DNA of 60,860 nt, counting the filler, from Dimargaris cristalligena (Eukaryota), in assembly GCA_003614675.1 (NCBI GenBank). It is 11 parts of 11 records of this genome, joined end to end, with 100 filler letters (N's around TTAATTAATTAA, not from the genome) between each part and the next. Parts side by side here need not be neighbours in the genome. Positions count along the whole stretch, not along the records: positions 22,295 to 27,756 come from ML003630.1; positions 27,857 to 33,314 come from ML003631.1; positions 33,415 to 38,863 come from ML003632.1; 8 more parts are not named here. One strand, 5' to 3'. The position numbers and the translations under genes are program-made. Below, one piece after another: positions 24,831 to 38,549 of this stretch (position 1 is its first letter; each line of letters opens with the position of its first letter). A model generated the notes under the pieces. The model was not told the origin of the DNA. It saw only the letters and a list, made by a program, of their open reading frames with translations, and searched no databases.

Positions 24831-26860
24831 ATGTCTTCCTCGGAAAACGATCCCTGTGCCATGTAAGACCCACTGTCTGCCCCTTGAAGGGAACACCCTG
24901 CTCATTTTCAACCAGCACACCCCATCTCCTTGCCGTCCAACTACGCTCGAGCTGTAAATGGTCCATTGGCTAACTTTTTGCATCGTCCACCTCCGCATGT
25001 CTCAACCATTACCATTACCACGGCCTTAACCCTACTTAGTTGCGGCGCCCAATTGGCCCCTTACACCTGTCCGAAATGCCATATCCGATACTGTACTTTA
25101 GCCTGTTACAAAAATGAGGTAAGTAGCACATCTATTCAGTTTGGATCGACCGATTCTAGCCTCAGCGTATGTGATGCCCCGATGAGTATCCGTTATTATT
25201 ATTACTCATAATCAACCCTAATGATCCCGGGCACCATGCATTGTCCCGGCTGCGTATTTCACAGAACCATCAACAATGCTCCGAGAACTTTTACCGCGAT
25301 CAAGCAACCGAACAGCTTAAGCAGAATCAGGTAGACGAGGCCGAAAAGCGCAAAATGTTGGAGATTCTCCAGAAGCTTTCGAACTTCGATGATGACATTT
25401 GGAGCCAAATAGGTAAGCCTCGCTGGATTCAGCAACCCTGGTTTGATTTCTAGCCATCTCTCGTTAGGCATGGTTTCAATCATTAACCCTTGTTAATAGC
25501 TGATCCCTCCTGCTATAAGATTAACCATACTGATAACAGGGTTATTTTGGCATTGCCTAGCATTCTAACATTGTCGATAATTATGTGTTAATATATCCAC
25601 CCTCTTCCTTTGCAGATGGTGACAAATCCACCGATGAGCTATCCGACCGCCTTAAGCACCTTGATCTCGATCGGGCCTCCTTTGAAACCATTTGGGAATG
25701 TCTGACGGAGACCGAGCGTGAAGATTTCTATGGCCTGTACCTCGATCCGCAGCGGGCGGACCCGGATGCTATAAGCGAGGTGCTCTGGAAACCCTGGTGG
25801 TCACAGCCATCACAGCCCCGAATTAGTGAAGTAGACGCCACTGACACTCCGGAGACATTGGTACCGGCTATTCAGTCGGATATCCCCGAATTCCGGACTC
25901 TATTTCCTTCTGCCCCACATCCTAGTGTCATTTACCAGCTAGCCTCACTGGTATTTTCCTACGTTTACGTTAAGCGCCGGTTTAACGGCGATTGGGCCCC
26001 CTATCGCGAAGAAGTCTGTCGCCTACTGTGGCGGCTTGAACCGGGCCTGATTTCGAAATCGCATACCATCCCCTCGGATTGTGAAGACGCCCTACTTCTA
26101 GTACTCGAAGCTATTCAGCAGGTAAGCCCAGCCGCCGATTAAGTGTAATCAAATAATATTAGATGGATCAAATTCAAACATTGCTGATACTATCCGGTAT
26201 AACCCCCTATTGCAACACACACACTTCAAATCACTTGGATACTTACTCCCTTTTCGTATATATATATATATATTGGTTTTGGCTATCCTGCATATAATAT
26301 TACCATTATATTAGTTGGAGAGTCGGGTGCTTCCACCAACCTTTTTCCTCTTCACGCTTCAAGACGTCTTGACTATTTTGTCGGACCCAAGCAATCTACT
26401 GGCTGCCCTATCGGACATGCATTCCCTATTCGATATCGAATACACCCGCCACGCCGGGGCCGCGGTGGTTAAACTTTCCAAGAAGGCCTTCCTCAGTATG
26501 AAAAAACTCACGTTTCTCTTGTCTTTTATCCAAATGCTAATCAAAACGGCTACACCGCCGGCTCCATCCCCGTCGTCAGCCGCATCGGCCGAAACCTCCG
26601 TCAAACTACCGGAATTGGACGAGGCCCAGCATAAGGGGGCGTTGGTCAACGTGCTTAAAGATATTCAGCCCACGGGGTGTGTTGTCCTGGATAATCTAGC
26701 AGCTCAAGTAGGGTTGCTGATTGCCAAACGTGAGCACGAATATAAAGTGTTCATTAAAGAAAACGAACAATCCAAGCAGCAGCGTCAATCACAGGCCATC
26801 CAGCTTTCATCAACTAGTGAATTACCGCAAATTAAGGTTCTGCCGAAATCGGCCAATTGA
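24831..26860 (+). CDS. Zinc finger HIT-domain protein (ZNHIT2-like), 5 exons: 24831-24862, 25040-25118, 25265-25412, 25616-26121, 26315-26860
   Basis: GT-AG introns with consistent phases give CAICGAQLAPYTCPKCHIRYCTLACYKNENHQQCSENFY, followed by IWECLTETEREDF and WKPWW. Confidence 0.85.
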
Positions 26861-27575
26861 TTATTGTATATTTTCTGGCCATGGTACACCGTAAATCCCT
26901 AATTCAATTGCAAAGTATCATATAAAAATGATAATAACGAAACGCGTGTCGGTATTCGATGGAATTGTCAAGATGGTTAGATAGAGTGTAAATTTCCCAT
27001 AGTTATCAGCCGCCTGTATTTCGTGGAGATGCTTTGGGGCGGCGATGTCGTTGGTCCAAAACTCTAGAAAATCGGAGGCTACCACTCATTATCCACCGAT
27101 AATTTGCCATGTTTCAATAATAACCAACAGCTGCAATCTAACAAGGTATTAATGGCTGTGATGGGTGCCAGTAGGATGTCCCCATTAATGTAGGGGAAGT
27201 ATAATATAAATATTTTACAAAAAAATCAGTCTGTTCCCTGGTTTGACTAAAAATAATTATTTCATCTACTATCCCACATATAATATGGTTTAGCCCATTG
27301 TAGCCAAAAGGTGACCATTTGCCATGCTGGCTGTAACTGGTATAGATGTGTTCCAACCACCAGTCACCTTGCACTGTAAAAGTTGAATTTGACTAGATAG
27401 AACATTCCATCATCATGGGTGTCAGCCCACCTAATCCTCCCTAAATATGGGAATACTGATCATCCTGTCTGATCTTACCTTATTGCACTATACTCCTCTT
27501 CCCTTACTATATAACCCACTATGACTAGGCCCCAATGCTTCTCATGCAACACTCCACCAGCTGATCTAACATTCC

Positions 27576-27657
27576 TGTGGTAAACTTACCATATTTTTTA
27601 CATACTTTTATTTTTAATCCATGTCTCACACTTATTGGAAGTATACCCCTGACGAGT
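27576..27657 (+). repeat. Repeat family 1, mutated copy inside a CpG-poor relic (~27100-27756)
   Basis: Aligns to the reverse complement of 5584-5665, with several C>T/G>A changes. Confidence 0.8.
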
Positions 27658-28334
27658 AAATAAACCCCTGCCCCTGCCCCTGATGAGTATAGTCATTTTT
27701 TCCTCCATTTTCATTATTATATTGTTTTTTCTATTATTATATTTTATACCCTTGACNNNNNNNNNNNNNNNNNNNNNNNNNNNNNNNNNNNNNNNNNNNN
27801 TTAATTAATTAANNNNNNNNNNNNNNNNNNNNNNNNNNNNNNNNNNNNNNNNNNNNTAGAATGCGCAAGGATCACATGACGAAGGTCGCGACTAATTTGT
27901 CTTGTGAAGAGAATAATCCATCCCGACTCATGTCAGTACATAGTTACCCGATAAGCCTTCCGGATTTTGGCAGTTCCTTTTCTCGCCTCCGGACTATATT
28001 AATCGGAATAGTCTTTGTATCTTTTAAGACCAGCTAGGAGTTCGTCGTAGGCCATCTAGATATGGGTAGATGGCGATGTGAAATTGTAAGGCACTGGTTA
28101 GATTTCGTATAAAAATAATGCCAGTACGATTCGGGAGCTTTGTGTAAAAAATATTGGCGTATATACACTTATATTAGCAACAGTAAACAGAGTATCATTG
28201 CGAATGAACGCATAAAGACTGGGTGCCGGCTCTGTCATCTATTCTAGCATATTAGCACGCGCTGCCCGGATGTAGCTATATAAGCAGCGATATTTCGACA
28301 CCAGTATCCTATAAACAAGGTGGTTCACACTTAC

Positions 28335-28712
28335 CAGGGCTCTCACAATAGGTCGGCTTAGAGTTCGACCCGCTACCTTTCTGGAATTTTGCATTAGTTC
28401 GGGGTATGTTCTGGCATCGAGGGATATGTCCAAAACCGTGTCAAGGAGCTCATGGGGTAGTATAGATAGTCGATCAGTCGGGACAGACCTCTTGGTGTTA
28501 TCGGACCCTTCGCTACTCGGACCGTGACCCAGTGAATGGTTATTTGGGGCAAATCCCTCCTTTTGGCGGGGCCCAGGGAAGGCTTGTCCTTGGATATTAT
28601 TATTCAATCCGGCCCCCGACTGGCTGAATTTTGATAAGCTAACTCCACCGTAGCTATTGAGCGAGAGGCCGAGTGTGACCAAGGCTACAAGGTGTATATA
28701 GCAGGGTTGCAT
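28335..28712 (-). CDS. First exon of a putative secreted protein with an F-box-like motif; downstream exons unclear, possibly a pseudogene
   Basis: Signal-like N-terminus MQPCYIHLVALVTLGLSLNSYG; RLSILPHELLDTVLDISLD; GTAAGT donor at 28334. Confidence 0.6.
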
Positions 28713-30364
28713 AGTGGCGGATAGCAAGAAGATGTTCCCAACGGCCAGGCTGTTGAAAGGATAGAATGGCCTGAGAGTGTCGTGGATTAGGAAAACAATT
28801 AGGGGCGGATGTTCGGCTTAACTCTCCAAGGGACAAAAAAAAAGACAATTGTCAACACGTAATGGTCGGCTACTTGGCGCAGAGGACACTCCCAATGTTT
28901 TATAACGTTTTACCCACCCAAAAGACTCTCCGACGACCCGCCCCCACTGACCAATTACCGATTATCTGGTAGCGTTTATTCGAACGGAGTTTTCTCTTTC
29001 AGCTGCACCCGATATAGCTGAGGTCCGTTGGGCGCTCAAGTCAAACATTTCACAGAATTGGCCATTCTGTTTTGCTGGTGCGTTGCGCAGACAGGCAGTT
29101 TGGGAACGCCAGTATTGCTGATTGGTGTCTTTCAAATTCGTGGTTCCTCTCTTGAACGACAATGTACTAAAACGGAGAAATACTAGACCCCTTCCATAGT
29201 CCCCGTAGACATAGAACACAGCAGTTCGCTTTCTTTTGTAGCATAGTAAGATTCGAAAAATCATAATATAATACAGATGTGTTGTAGCGGCTTCCCCTAT
29301 GGGTATTTTGTCTAATCGGCACTTGCCTGGAGTCGATGTTGAGGATATGCAGGAGGTTAAACCGAAGCCCGCCTATATATGGACCGCCACAGCCACCTAT
29401 TTAATTTGTATTCATTTTTATTGTGAAAGCCCTGTAGCAGATGTAGGCTGGCTAATGGAAATGGTAGAGTGGGACACGAGAGGAGAGGAGACCATTGTGG
29501 CTTGACTTGCGCTACTACTGTCGCCTGCAGCCATTTGTTTCTGGTGATATTCAACCCACCGTATATAAATAATTTGACCTGGAATGAGTAGCCCCACTCA
29601 ACCAATAAAGCAAGCCAGTGTAACAATAAGCTGAACAAGGGAATTACGCGCCTGCTAGCGGTTATCAAAACCATTTTTTCAGGTCAAGGAGGACCCCCTC
29701 TCCTTAGCTTCTCCCGTAATTATTCAGCTAGTCCATAAGAGAATCTCCAATGAACCATAGGCAATTGATAGCACTATAATATCGCATACATTATATTTTC
29801 TCGTAAATAGGATATGCAGGCACCAAATATTTTAAAGGATATGTGGCTATTCTCAATGCCAAACACACATATCCCTGCATACTACCTTACGGATTTCATT
29901 TTTGTGCAGCTTGGCCCCGTCGTGCAACAAAAAATCTGCGGACTAGGTCGGATTAAACCAGTTCAAAGGGCATCCCCCTTCCATCCCTCTGTATAAATCG
30001 CATTCAACAAATCCTGGGCAACCAGGCTACATACTTCCCCAGAGACATATACCATTGTGTATATAAGTATTATTAGAGTTTAATTATATTGAAAATTGAA
30101 GATGCGTGGATATATTAACGACAACCAAGCGGTATTGGTAGGATAATAATGGGCAATACAATAAATTCCCCGATGCGATCTCCTTTACTGCTCCTATAGG
30201 CAATTCCCACAAATCCGTGTCCACACATATATATATAAATTACACCAAACTAGCATGCGTACACGGGGGGATCAAACTGACGTAAGAAGAGCCGTGGAGT
30301 ACAAATGTATATATAAAGATATATAAGTATATATTGAAGGGAGGCAAAGGGTAAAACCTCCACT

Positions 30365-33314
30365 CTACCAAAAGGAGCACCAACCAATATAGAGCTGGCT
30401 CAAATTCTCAGACGATGTCGCCTGTTTAATCAGTTTATCCACTTGCTGGGAATAGTCCAGCTGTTGGTCGGGTCGGAAGTCACGGCCGGCCAGTTTGTTC
30501 TCCACCCGTTCAATGGCCTCGACAGCCCGGGGGTTTTTATCGCCTCCTATTCCACCGGCAACTACGCCGCCACCAGCACCAGCACCAGCCCCAGCCCCAG
30601 CCCCCGCCGCACCGGTCCCAGCCCCAGCCCCCGCGCCACCAGCACCAGCACCGCCGGCCCCGCCGCCGGCGCCATTACCACCCGCCAGGCCCAGCATATT
30701 GGTCTCTTCGCGGGTCACGATTAAGTCTTCGCGCTGTTGGGGTCCCCGGCGGGGTCCTAAATCGCCCTCGGTAAACATGGGACCGTTCTTAGCCGGGGTT
30801 AACCGCCAATTAATCAGTGGATCGTAAACGAAGGCCTCTAACACCGCCATCAGCGAGTCCTTGTTCTGTCGGACCACCCGCATGACATGTTCACACGTCA
30901 TGCGGAAACTACCCTCGATACCGCTGATTTCCATCGCCAGAATAAGCATCCGGGTTAACCGGAACGGGATGGTTTCGGGATATCGGTCCCGGTGCATGGC
31001 CACTTCGAAACAGTCCCCGAAATCGATATGCACCACTTTGCCCGTTTTGCGGTGGAGCATCAGGTTGGAAGGATGCCGGTCCCCCAGACCGAGGATGTAG
31101 CCCACGATGGACATCACCGCCAACGACCGGGTGTAGCAGGTGCGCCGTTCGAGCCAGATTTCGGAATTCTTGCTCTTTAGCCACAGCACCTTGTACAGGT
31201 CCTGGCCGTGCGTCTGGTGCAGGGCCGATTCGAAAATTTCCACTTTGGGTAGCGCCGGGAGGTGCTCGTAATTGGGGGCCATGACCTGCATAATTCGGTG
31301 TTCAATCCCCAATTGGGTATCCCGCATCTCGCGGTATTCTTTGATGAGGGCGTGGAAGGTGTCCGAGTCCTCTACCCATCCGATTAGGCCGGTGTTGGGG
31401 GATAGCGGAATGACCGGGTAGCCTTCGATATCCAAATGCCGCTTAAAGGTCTCCCCGTCCAGGGTCAGCAGGTGGTTGACCAGTTCAAACAGCTGCATGA
31501 CTCGTTCGTCTTGCCGCAGATCCTCATGGCCCTTGAGAAGGAACTGGTAGGTCTTACCATCGCTACCACATATTTGGATACGGCGGGGGCGTTGTTTGGT
31601 AGGGTAGACGTAAAACAGGGGTTCAAACTTAGTGATGCGAATGACCGGCTTACCAGGGCCGAAACAACCGGGCATCATCAGGTCCAGGTCCCGGCAATCA
31701 AGTAACACCGGTGACACCTGTTCCATGGCTAACGTACAGGCCTTGGTGGTCAGCTTTTCGAACCGGCGGAACAGCTGTGCGTAGACGTCCCAGGCTTGAT
31801 TCAACACGTTCATGTCCATACTCTTGCCGTATTGCTGCATCAGGTCCCAGGCCTCCCGGAGATCGCGTCCGTAGGTCTGCATGAACTGGGTCTCCCGGAT
31901 GGTGGTGGGGCCTTTTTGAATAATCTGGTGGTGGTGGCGGAACACTTCGTACATGGCCGGAATGTTGTGGTAGGTGTAATATTGCCGTGAGGCCTCCTCA
32001 ACGGCTGCCTGCCACATTTCGGGCCACGAAATGGCGACGCGGATGAGTTCCTGGCCCACCAACTGGGCCTCGTTGACCAGCCGTTCGTCGTGGAGCTTCA
32101 TTTTGTTCATAATATCCTGGGCGATGGTCTGGCGGGTGACACTCTCGGATTTGGTGGCCACAATGAGGGAGAAGAGTAGGGACTGGGGGTACTCCTTACC
32201 CAGAACCGCCAGGATATGCTCTAGGAGATTCCGGATACTGTTGGTTGGGACATGGATGCGCGCAATCAGTTGGGGAATGACCTGCAGCCAGGTCTCCGTG
32301 GGCACCCCATGGAGGTCGCGACTGAGGGCCTCACAGACCTCGGGCTGGTAACCGTAGGTAAACATAAGGGCCAGGAGACGCAGCGTGTCCTGGAGGGTGC
32401 TGCCGGTGGACAGGGCAATGGACTTGAGGAACCCGGTTACGGCCGGGACAATATAGGTAATGAGCAGCTCCGAAGTGATCGGGTGGCCGTTCTTTTCCAT
32501 TTGGGTAATGACCTCGCTATTGGTCTGGGCCCAGGCATGCCAGGCGCTGTACCAGTTCGGCGTCATGGTGGTGGCGAATTCGTAGCACCCGATCACATGG
32601 GTGTAGTAAGCCTCGTCCCGCTCCTCGTGGAGCTCCCCGTACCACTCCCCCTTTTTAAGGTGGAACCGGGCGAGGATACCCGACACGTCGATTTCCTTGT
32701 TGGGCAACTGGTACTCGAATTCCTCGGGGTGGTGGGGCACGTGAACTTCACTACGCTTCTGCTCCAGGCCGAACTGGTAGCGGATATGTTTGGAGTACTG
32801 GTCAATGAAGGAATAGACCTCCTCCCGGTGCTCGTTTTTGGCCCACAACACCTCGAGATAAGCGTAGACCACTTCGCAGGGGGCCGTGTGTAGCACGTCG
32901 CCCTGGAGCTCCAGGGGTTCCTTCTTGATGATGGACGCCACCGTCTGTTCAGCAAAGTTGAGCTGCCCACTCTGTCGGCACAGTTCGGCGAACTGCAGCC
33001 AGGCCTCCATGTCCTCGTCCGGGGGGAGCACAGTGGCCCGGACCCGGAGTAATTTCTGCCACACGTCGACATCGCGCGAGACCCCGCTGAGGCGTTTGTT
33101 CCAGGTATTCCGGATCACTTCCATGCGTTTGGGTTGATTGCTGAAGGACTTGTAGTCCAGAATCTCCTCAAACTCGGACAGCATCTGGATCCGTACAATA
33201 GCGTTGTACGAGCGGCCGTACCCTTCCGTGAGGGTCGAGGCGTCCTGGTCCAGGAGGTCCCGCGTCTTTTGGATCAGTTCGCGGGCGTTGGGTTCGTTAC
33301 GGCTGACGGCCAGC
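30365..33314 (-). CDS. TOR: TOR kinase, 5'-partial (FAT, FRB, kinase, FATC)
   Basis: LQDTLRLL, WLQVIPQLIARI, FRB EEASR, LLKGHEDLRQDERVMQLF, GLGDRHPSN, HIDFGDCFE and terminal LYIGWCSFW. Confidence 0.98.
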
Positions 33315-33414
33315 NNNNNNNNNNNNNNNNNNNNNNNNNNNNNNNNNNNNNNNNNNNNTTAATTAATTAANNNNNNNNNNNNNNNNNNNNNNNNNNNNNN
33401 NNNNNNNNNNNNNN

Positions 33415-34979
33415 GGTTCCCCCTCCCCCCGCTGGACTCCTCCGCCGCTGGACTGTCCCCCTTGGTAATAGGGCTCCCGGCCGCCCTGCACCAGCCCTCC
33501 CCTTCGATTGTGTCATCATCCCTGGTCCCGCGGAGCTCGGCCCTGGCCCTGTCGCCCGCCCCCACCGACCTTACAGATACCCTGGACGGGATTGCCGTCG
33601 AACCCGTTAGCAGTCCCCGCCTGACGGGCGGCAAACTGACCGGCCACCACCCCCTCTTCGCCTACTTCACTACCACCACCGAGATGCGCCAGGATATCCA
33701 GCGCCACTTGGCCCTCATTTACCACAACTACAAGCGCCTGGCCCTGCCCCTGTACTTTCCCCGCCCTAATCCCTGCAAGCTGCTCTACAGCCGCCACTAC
33801 GAGATCCAGCGCAACTGGAACCACTGCCGCTTCACCAAGCGCCGCTTCATAGCCCGCGACAATAACATCATCACCTGCCTTCAGTTCGACGACCAGAAGA
33901 TCGTATCGGGGTCTGACGGAGAACGTATCTATGTCTACGATACCCGTTCCGGCGAGCTGCTCCGCCAACTGGACGGCCACTCGGGCGGGGTGTGGACCCT
34001 GCAGTACATTGGCAATACCCTGGTCTCGGGCTCCACCGACCGGTCCGTCCGGGTGTGGGACATTGAAAAGGGCCGCTGTACCCATGTGTTCACCGGCCAC
34101 ACCAGTACCGTCCGGTGCCTCCAAATTCTGATGCCCATGGTGGTGGGCTACGACCCCCACACCCAGGCCCCCATCCTGGAGCCCCCGCAGCCGCTTATCG
34201 TGACGGGGTCGCGCGACTCTACCCTGCGCGTGTGGAAGTTGCCCGTCGCCGGCCACGACGCCCCCTACCACGGCACCAACGAGGCCCGGGATATCACCGC
34301 CAACCCCTACTTTATGCACCTACTGGCCGGCCATTCGTCCTCGGTGCGCGCCCTGGTGGGCAAGGGCAAGACCGTGGTCAGTGGTAGCTACGACATGACG
34401 GTGCGGGTGTGGGACGTTATGAGTGGTCATTGCCGATGGCGGCTCACGGGCCATGTCCAGCGGGTATACTCCGTGGCCCTGGCCGACGACCGCAAGCGCT
34501 GCATGAGTGGCAGTTTGGATAGCACCGTGCGGGTCTGGAGCCTCGAGGATGGCACCTGCCTGTACGTGCTGGAGGGGCACCAGAACCTCGTCGGCCTGCT
34601 CCAGCTCACCCCGAACTACCTGGTTTCGGCCGGGGCCGACGCGACGTTGCGCATCTGGGCTAATGGGACCTACAGCCCGCTCCACGTCCTCAGTGCACAC
34701 ATTGGTACCATCACGTGCTTCCACAATGACGAGCGGCGGCTGGTGTCGGGTTCCGAAAGCGGCCTTAAGATGTGGGACATTAAGACGGGCCAGCAAATCT
34801 GCGACCTGCTCACCGACGTGACCGGCATCTGGCAGGTCAAATTCGACGACCGGCGCTGTATCGCGGCCGTCCAGCGGGATGACTCGACCTTCTTCGAAGT
34901 CTTTGACTTTGGCGAGACTCCGCCCACCGGCGGGTTGACCGGTTACTCCGATTACCATCCAACCGAACAGCGGGTCTAG
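33415..34979 (+). CDS. CDC4: Cdc4/Fbxw7-like WD40 protein, 5'-partial
   Basis: ITCLQFD...SGSD, GHSGGVW, SGSTDRSVRVW, GHTSTVRCL, TGSRDSTLRVW and further WD repeats. The F-box lies outside the contig. Confidence 0.88.
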
Positions 34980-36021
34980 AAGCCTAGACCGGTGTAGTAT
35001 ACCCCCTTCGTTACTCTAGTTACTTTTTTAACCTCTTGTCTATGTGTATTCGTTCGTTTCCCCGACATGCTCAGTGTATTTCCCCTTCGCAATTTGCGGG
35101 TGCCTCGCCGCCCCCCTACTGTACTTTATCTCTCTATCCATGGTGTATTTTCTTTTTATCATTTCTCCCTATACCACACCCGACCATGTCAGTAGACTGA
35201 TATCCCAAATACCCCCCCTTTTTCTCTCTCTCTCTTTCTCTCTGTTTATTTATATAACGCATTTATATATTACATTTCCCCCTTGAACCCTTTTCCATAT
35301 CCTAATACTCGTCCCCCCCTTACCCCCTCGTCTTAATAAAGACCCATGATCAGCATATACCCCCCCCCCCAAACGAGATTCCGATTATCGAGATAACTAA
35401 TGCTGGGTCCCTGGTCATGGAAGGCCGTAAGCCTTCGTAAGACACCCCACTAAGATGTCTGGGCAATCCACATAATTTGGGCCAAGTAATGGGACTCTGC
35501 GTGTAGTGTGATGTCTCCATAAAGCTATTTAATACGGTTAAGATATTAAGGTCAGCCATACACTAGAAGAAGGCCGCGTGGAAAGGTCCATTTGCCAAGA
35601 CCTGGCTTTGGGGGGTTGTGTGTAATAATGTCCCTAACGAACCCTCTTCACTCTAGTACCCATCGAAAGTCCCCTCCCTATTGTTCCCTCTAACTTACAC
35701 TCACACACCACAGAAAAACCTCCAAATGCTTCGGGGATGTCTCCCCTTCACCTGTGGCATTCCGCCCCCTCGTTCTTTACGGTTTCTCTACTTGGCTGTC
35801 CTACTGCGATTATCTAGGTTTCTGTATAAAATTATATACAGCCCCCCCTCTCTCTCTCTTTCGCCCCCCTATACATATACACGACGTATTCACATTGGCC
35901 GTGGTTGTTAGTGTCCCGTCTCTCCCCGTTGATTGCGCCTACCTTGGGTCTTCCCTTGTACATTTTCTTTGCCTCTCCTGGGAAGCCGGGCCTATTTATT
36001 TGCCTCACTATCGTTTAGGGC

Positions 36022-38082
36022 ATGCTTGCCGATTCGCAGCCTCCTTCACCTACCTCGGGGTCGGCCCCGGGTCTAGCCCCGGCCCAGCCGTCTGTGCCCC
36101 AAGTTGAGGCGGTCACGGTAGAGTCCGCCCCCGTCAAGGGCCAGCCCATGGCCAATCTGGCCTTTGAACCCGACCTGCACCGCGCCGCCCAGACCGGCGA
36201 CGTGGCCCGGTGTACGGCCCTCCTCGAGAGTGGCCAGGCGTTGGCCACTGAAACGGATCCCCAGGGCATCACCGCCCTCCACTGGTCCTCCATCAATAAC
36301 CAAGTGGCGGTAGTCCAGCTCCTGCTCCGCCATGGGGCCCTCGTGGATGCCCGTAGCCACGATCTGCAGGCCACGCCGTTGCACTGGGCCTGTCGTCAGA
36401 ACTGTCTCCTGGCGGTGCAGGCCCTGTTGGCCCACGGAGCCGACCCGCTGGCCGTCGACTCGGCCCGCTACAACGCCCTCCATTTGGCGGTCCACGCCGG
36501 CAGCCCCATGCTGGTGGCCTATTTGGCCCTAGTGACCCGCATGCCCCTCGACGTGCCCGATGCCACCGGGCATACCGCCCTCATGTGGGCGGCGTTCCAG
36601 GGAGAGGGTTCCATTGTCCGGCTGTTGCTCAATGTCGGGGCGGGTATCGAGGGCCGGGATACCAACGGTTTCTCTGCCCTCCACTGGGCCGTCTCGCGCG
36701 GGTTTCGCGAGCCCATTGAGGAGCTACTGCGGCGTGGCCTGAGCCCCGACTGCCGGGACGACAAGGGCAAAACCCCGCTAGATATCGCCCGGGAGGTCGG
36801 CGTTACGGCCATGTACCAAGCCGCCCTCACCACTGTGGAGCAGGAGCGCGGTCCCCACCCGACGGTGCGAATCGCCGGTTACCCGGTGGCCACCCTGTTG
36901 GCCTATATACTACCCTTTGCCCTAGTTTATACCGCCCTTCGATCCCTGGCCCTCTTTCCCTGGTTCGCCGGCCTCCCCCTGGCCGTAGCCCTCCTGCTGG
37001 GCGGGCACGTCGGTATGTTGCGTTGGGTGATTCGGGCGACCTCCGCCACGGCCATCCACCGCTCCCCGTACTTTACGGCCGTGTTCCAGGCCACCATGTT
37101 CCTGACCATCGGTACCTGGGCCACCACCCTGGCCCCCGACACCCCCGACCACCCCTTCCTTAATAGCCTGTTTCTGCTGGCCGCCTTGTCGACCCTCTAT
37201 ACCTTTTACCGGGCCCTGTGGATCAACCCGGGCTATACCCCCCTGCCCCGGGACGTCCGCGACTCGGCCCAGGCCCTCGAGGGCCTATTGGTCGGGGGCA
37301 AGCTGGATACCAATCACTTTTGCATCACGTGCTTGGTCAAACGGCCCCTGCGCTCCAAGCACTGCCGCATTTGTAACCGCTGCGTCGCCCGGTTTGACCA
37401 CCACTGCCCGTGGATCTATAATTGCATCGGGGTGGCCAACCACCGCCTCTTCCTGGGCTACGTCGTGGCCATGATCGCCTCCATTGCGCTGTTCATTACC
37501 CTGACCGTGCAGTACTTTGTGGCCGTCGATCCGCCCTACGAGCCCATCGAATCCCAACCCTGTTTCTGGGGCCCCGACCTCTGTGGGGCCTTTCAATACA
37601 ACGGCTGGGTACTGTACCTGGCCCTGTGGGACATGGTCCATTTATCGTGGTCCCTGTTTCTACTGGGCTCGCAACTGTGCCAAATCGCGGTGGCCAATAC
37701 CACCAACGAAGGGCTCAATGGCGACCGTTACCACTACCTTTACACGGACGACCCCGATGCCCCGGCCATGTCCCAGCCGTCGTCGACTAACAGTGGTCGG
37801 CGGGGGCCTTCCTTCCTTATGCGACTACTGCCGTTTGCCAAGCCCGGGCATTCACATATACACGGGCACCATCACTCGCGGGCCGAACGCCCGCGGGGGG
37901 TGTTCCGCAACCCCTTCGATATGGGGCTATGGGCGAATTGCCTGGATTTCTGGTCCGGGGGCGACCGCGGTCCGCTTGCTAACGTTGATTGGTATGCGCT
38001 CGACAGCGTCACTGACTTGCCGGCGCGGCGTCCGAAACGGCGAACCCGGGAACAGCCCAGTCACGCCTACGAAATGGTTTAA
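36022..38082 (+). CDS. AKR1: Ankyrin-repeat DHHC palmitoyltransferase (Akr1/ZDHHC17-like)
   Basis: About 6 ankyrin repeats (TALHW, TPLHW, TALMW), TM helices, FCITC...RSKHC...FDHHCPW, TTNE and NPFD. Confidence 0.95.
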   Translation: MLADSQPPSPTSGSAPGLAPAQPSVPQVEAVTVESAPVKGQPMANLAFEPDLHRAAQTGDVARCTALLESGQALATETDPQGITALHWSSINNQVAVVQLLLRHGALVDARSHDLQATPLHWACRQNCLLAVQALLAHGADPLAVDSARYNALHLAVHAGSPMLVAYLALVTRMPLDVPDATGHTALMWAAFQGEGSIVRLLLNVGAGIEGRDTNGFSALHWAVSRGFREPIEELLRRGLSPDCRDDKGKTPLDIAREVGVTAMYQAALTTVEQERGPHPTVRIAGYPVATLLAYILPFALVYTALRSLALFPWFAGLPLAVALLLGGHVGMLRWVIRATSATAIHRSPYFTAVFQATMFLTIGTWATTLAPDTPDHPFLNSLFLLAALSTLYTFYRALWINPGYTPLPRDVRDSAQALEGLLVGGKLDTNHFCITCLVKRPLRSKHCRICNRCVARFDHHCPWIYNCIGVANHRLFLGYVVAMIASIALFITLTVQYFVAVDPPYEPIESQPCFWGPDLCGAFQYNGWVLYLALWDMVHLSWSLFLLGSQLCQIAVANTTNEGLNGDRYHYLYTDDPDAPAMSQPSSTNSGRRGPSFLMRLLPFAKPGHSHIHGHHHSRAERPRGVFRNPFDMGLWANCLDFWSGGDRGPLANVDWYALDSVTDLPARRPKRRTREQPSHAYEMV

Positions 38083-38549
38083 TACTGTTAGCCCTCTCTC
38101 CCCTTTTGCTTAATCTTGAATAAATACCCGTTTTTGATATGCCTTGGTAGCCGTGCGGGAGTTGATGTTAGTCGCCGTTTGGAATTATTAGGGAGTGTCA
38201 CGAATGTAGCCCTATATTAATTAGGCGGAAGGGCCTTGGCGTGGGTGGGACTCTAGGAGGTGTGAGCGGGGCGGAAGACCCAGGTCCGTTGTTATTCGTT
38301 CCGCCTTACCACAACACCTCCCCCCATTGCCCAATTACCCATTGGTTTCTATCTGTCTCTTTCTATTAAAAATATACATGGACTATAAGTATTTTTCGTT
38401 GCAGGATTTGCATCTCTAACCCACCCTCCTCTTTTTTTTTTGATATTACCACCTGCTTTCCAAACGAGTAGCCACTGCTATTCACAACCGGAGGTTCTAA
38501 ACCCCCTTTTTGTTACCTCACCCCCGTGGGACCAAGTCCGTATATTGCC

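Noticed and set aside
37395..37410. DHHC rather than the DHYC of yeast Akr1
   Set aside because: DHHC is the standard motif for the family, so it is not unusual.
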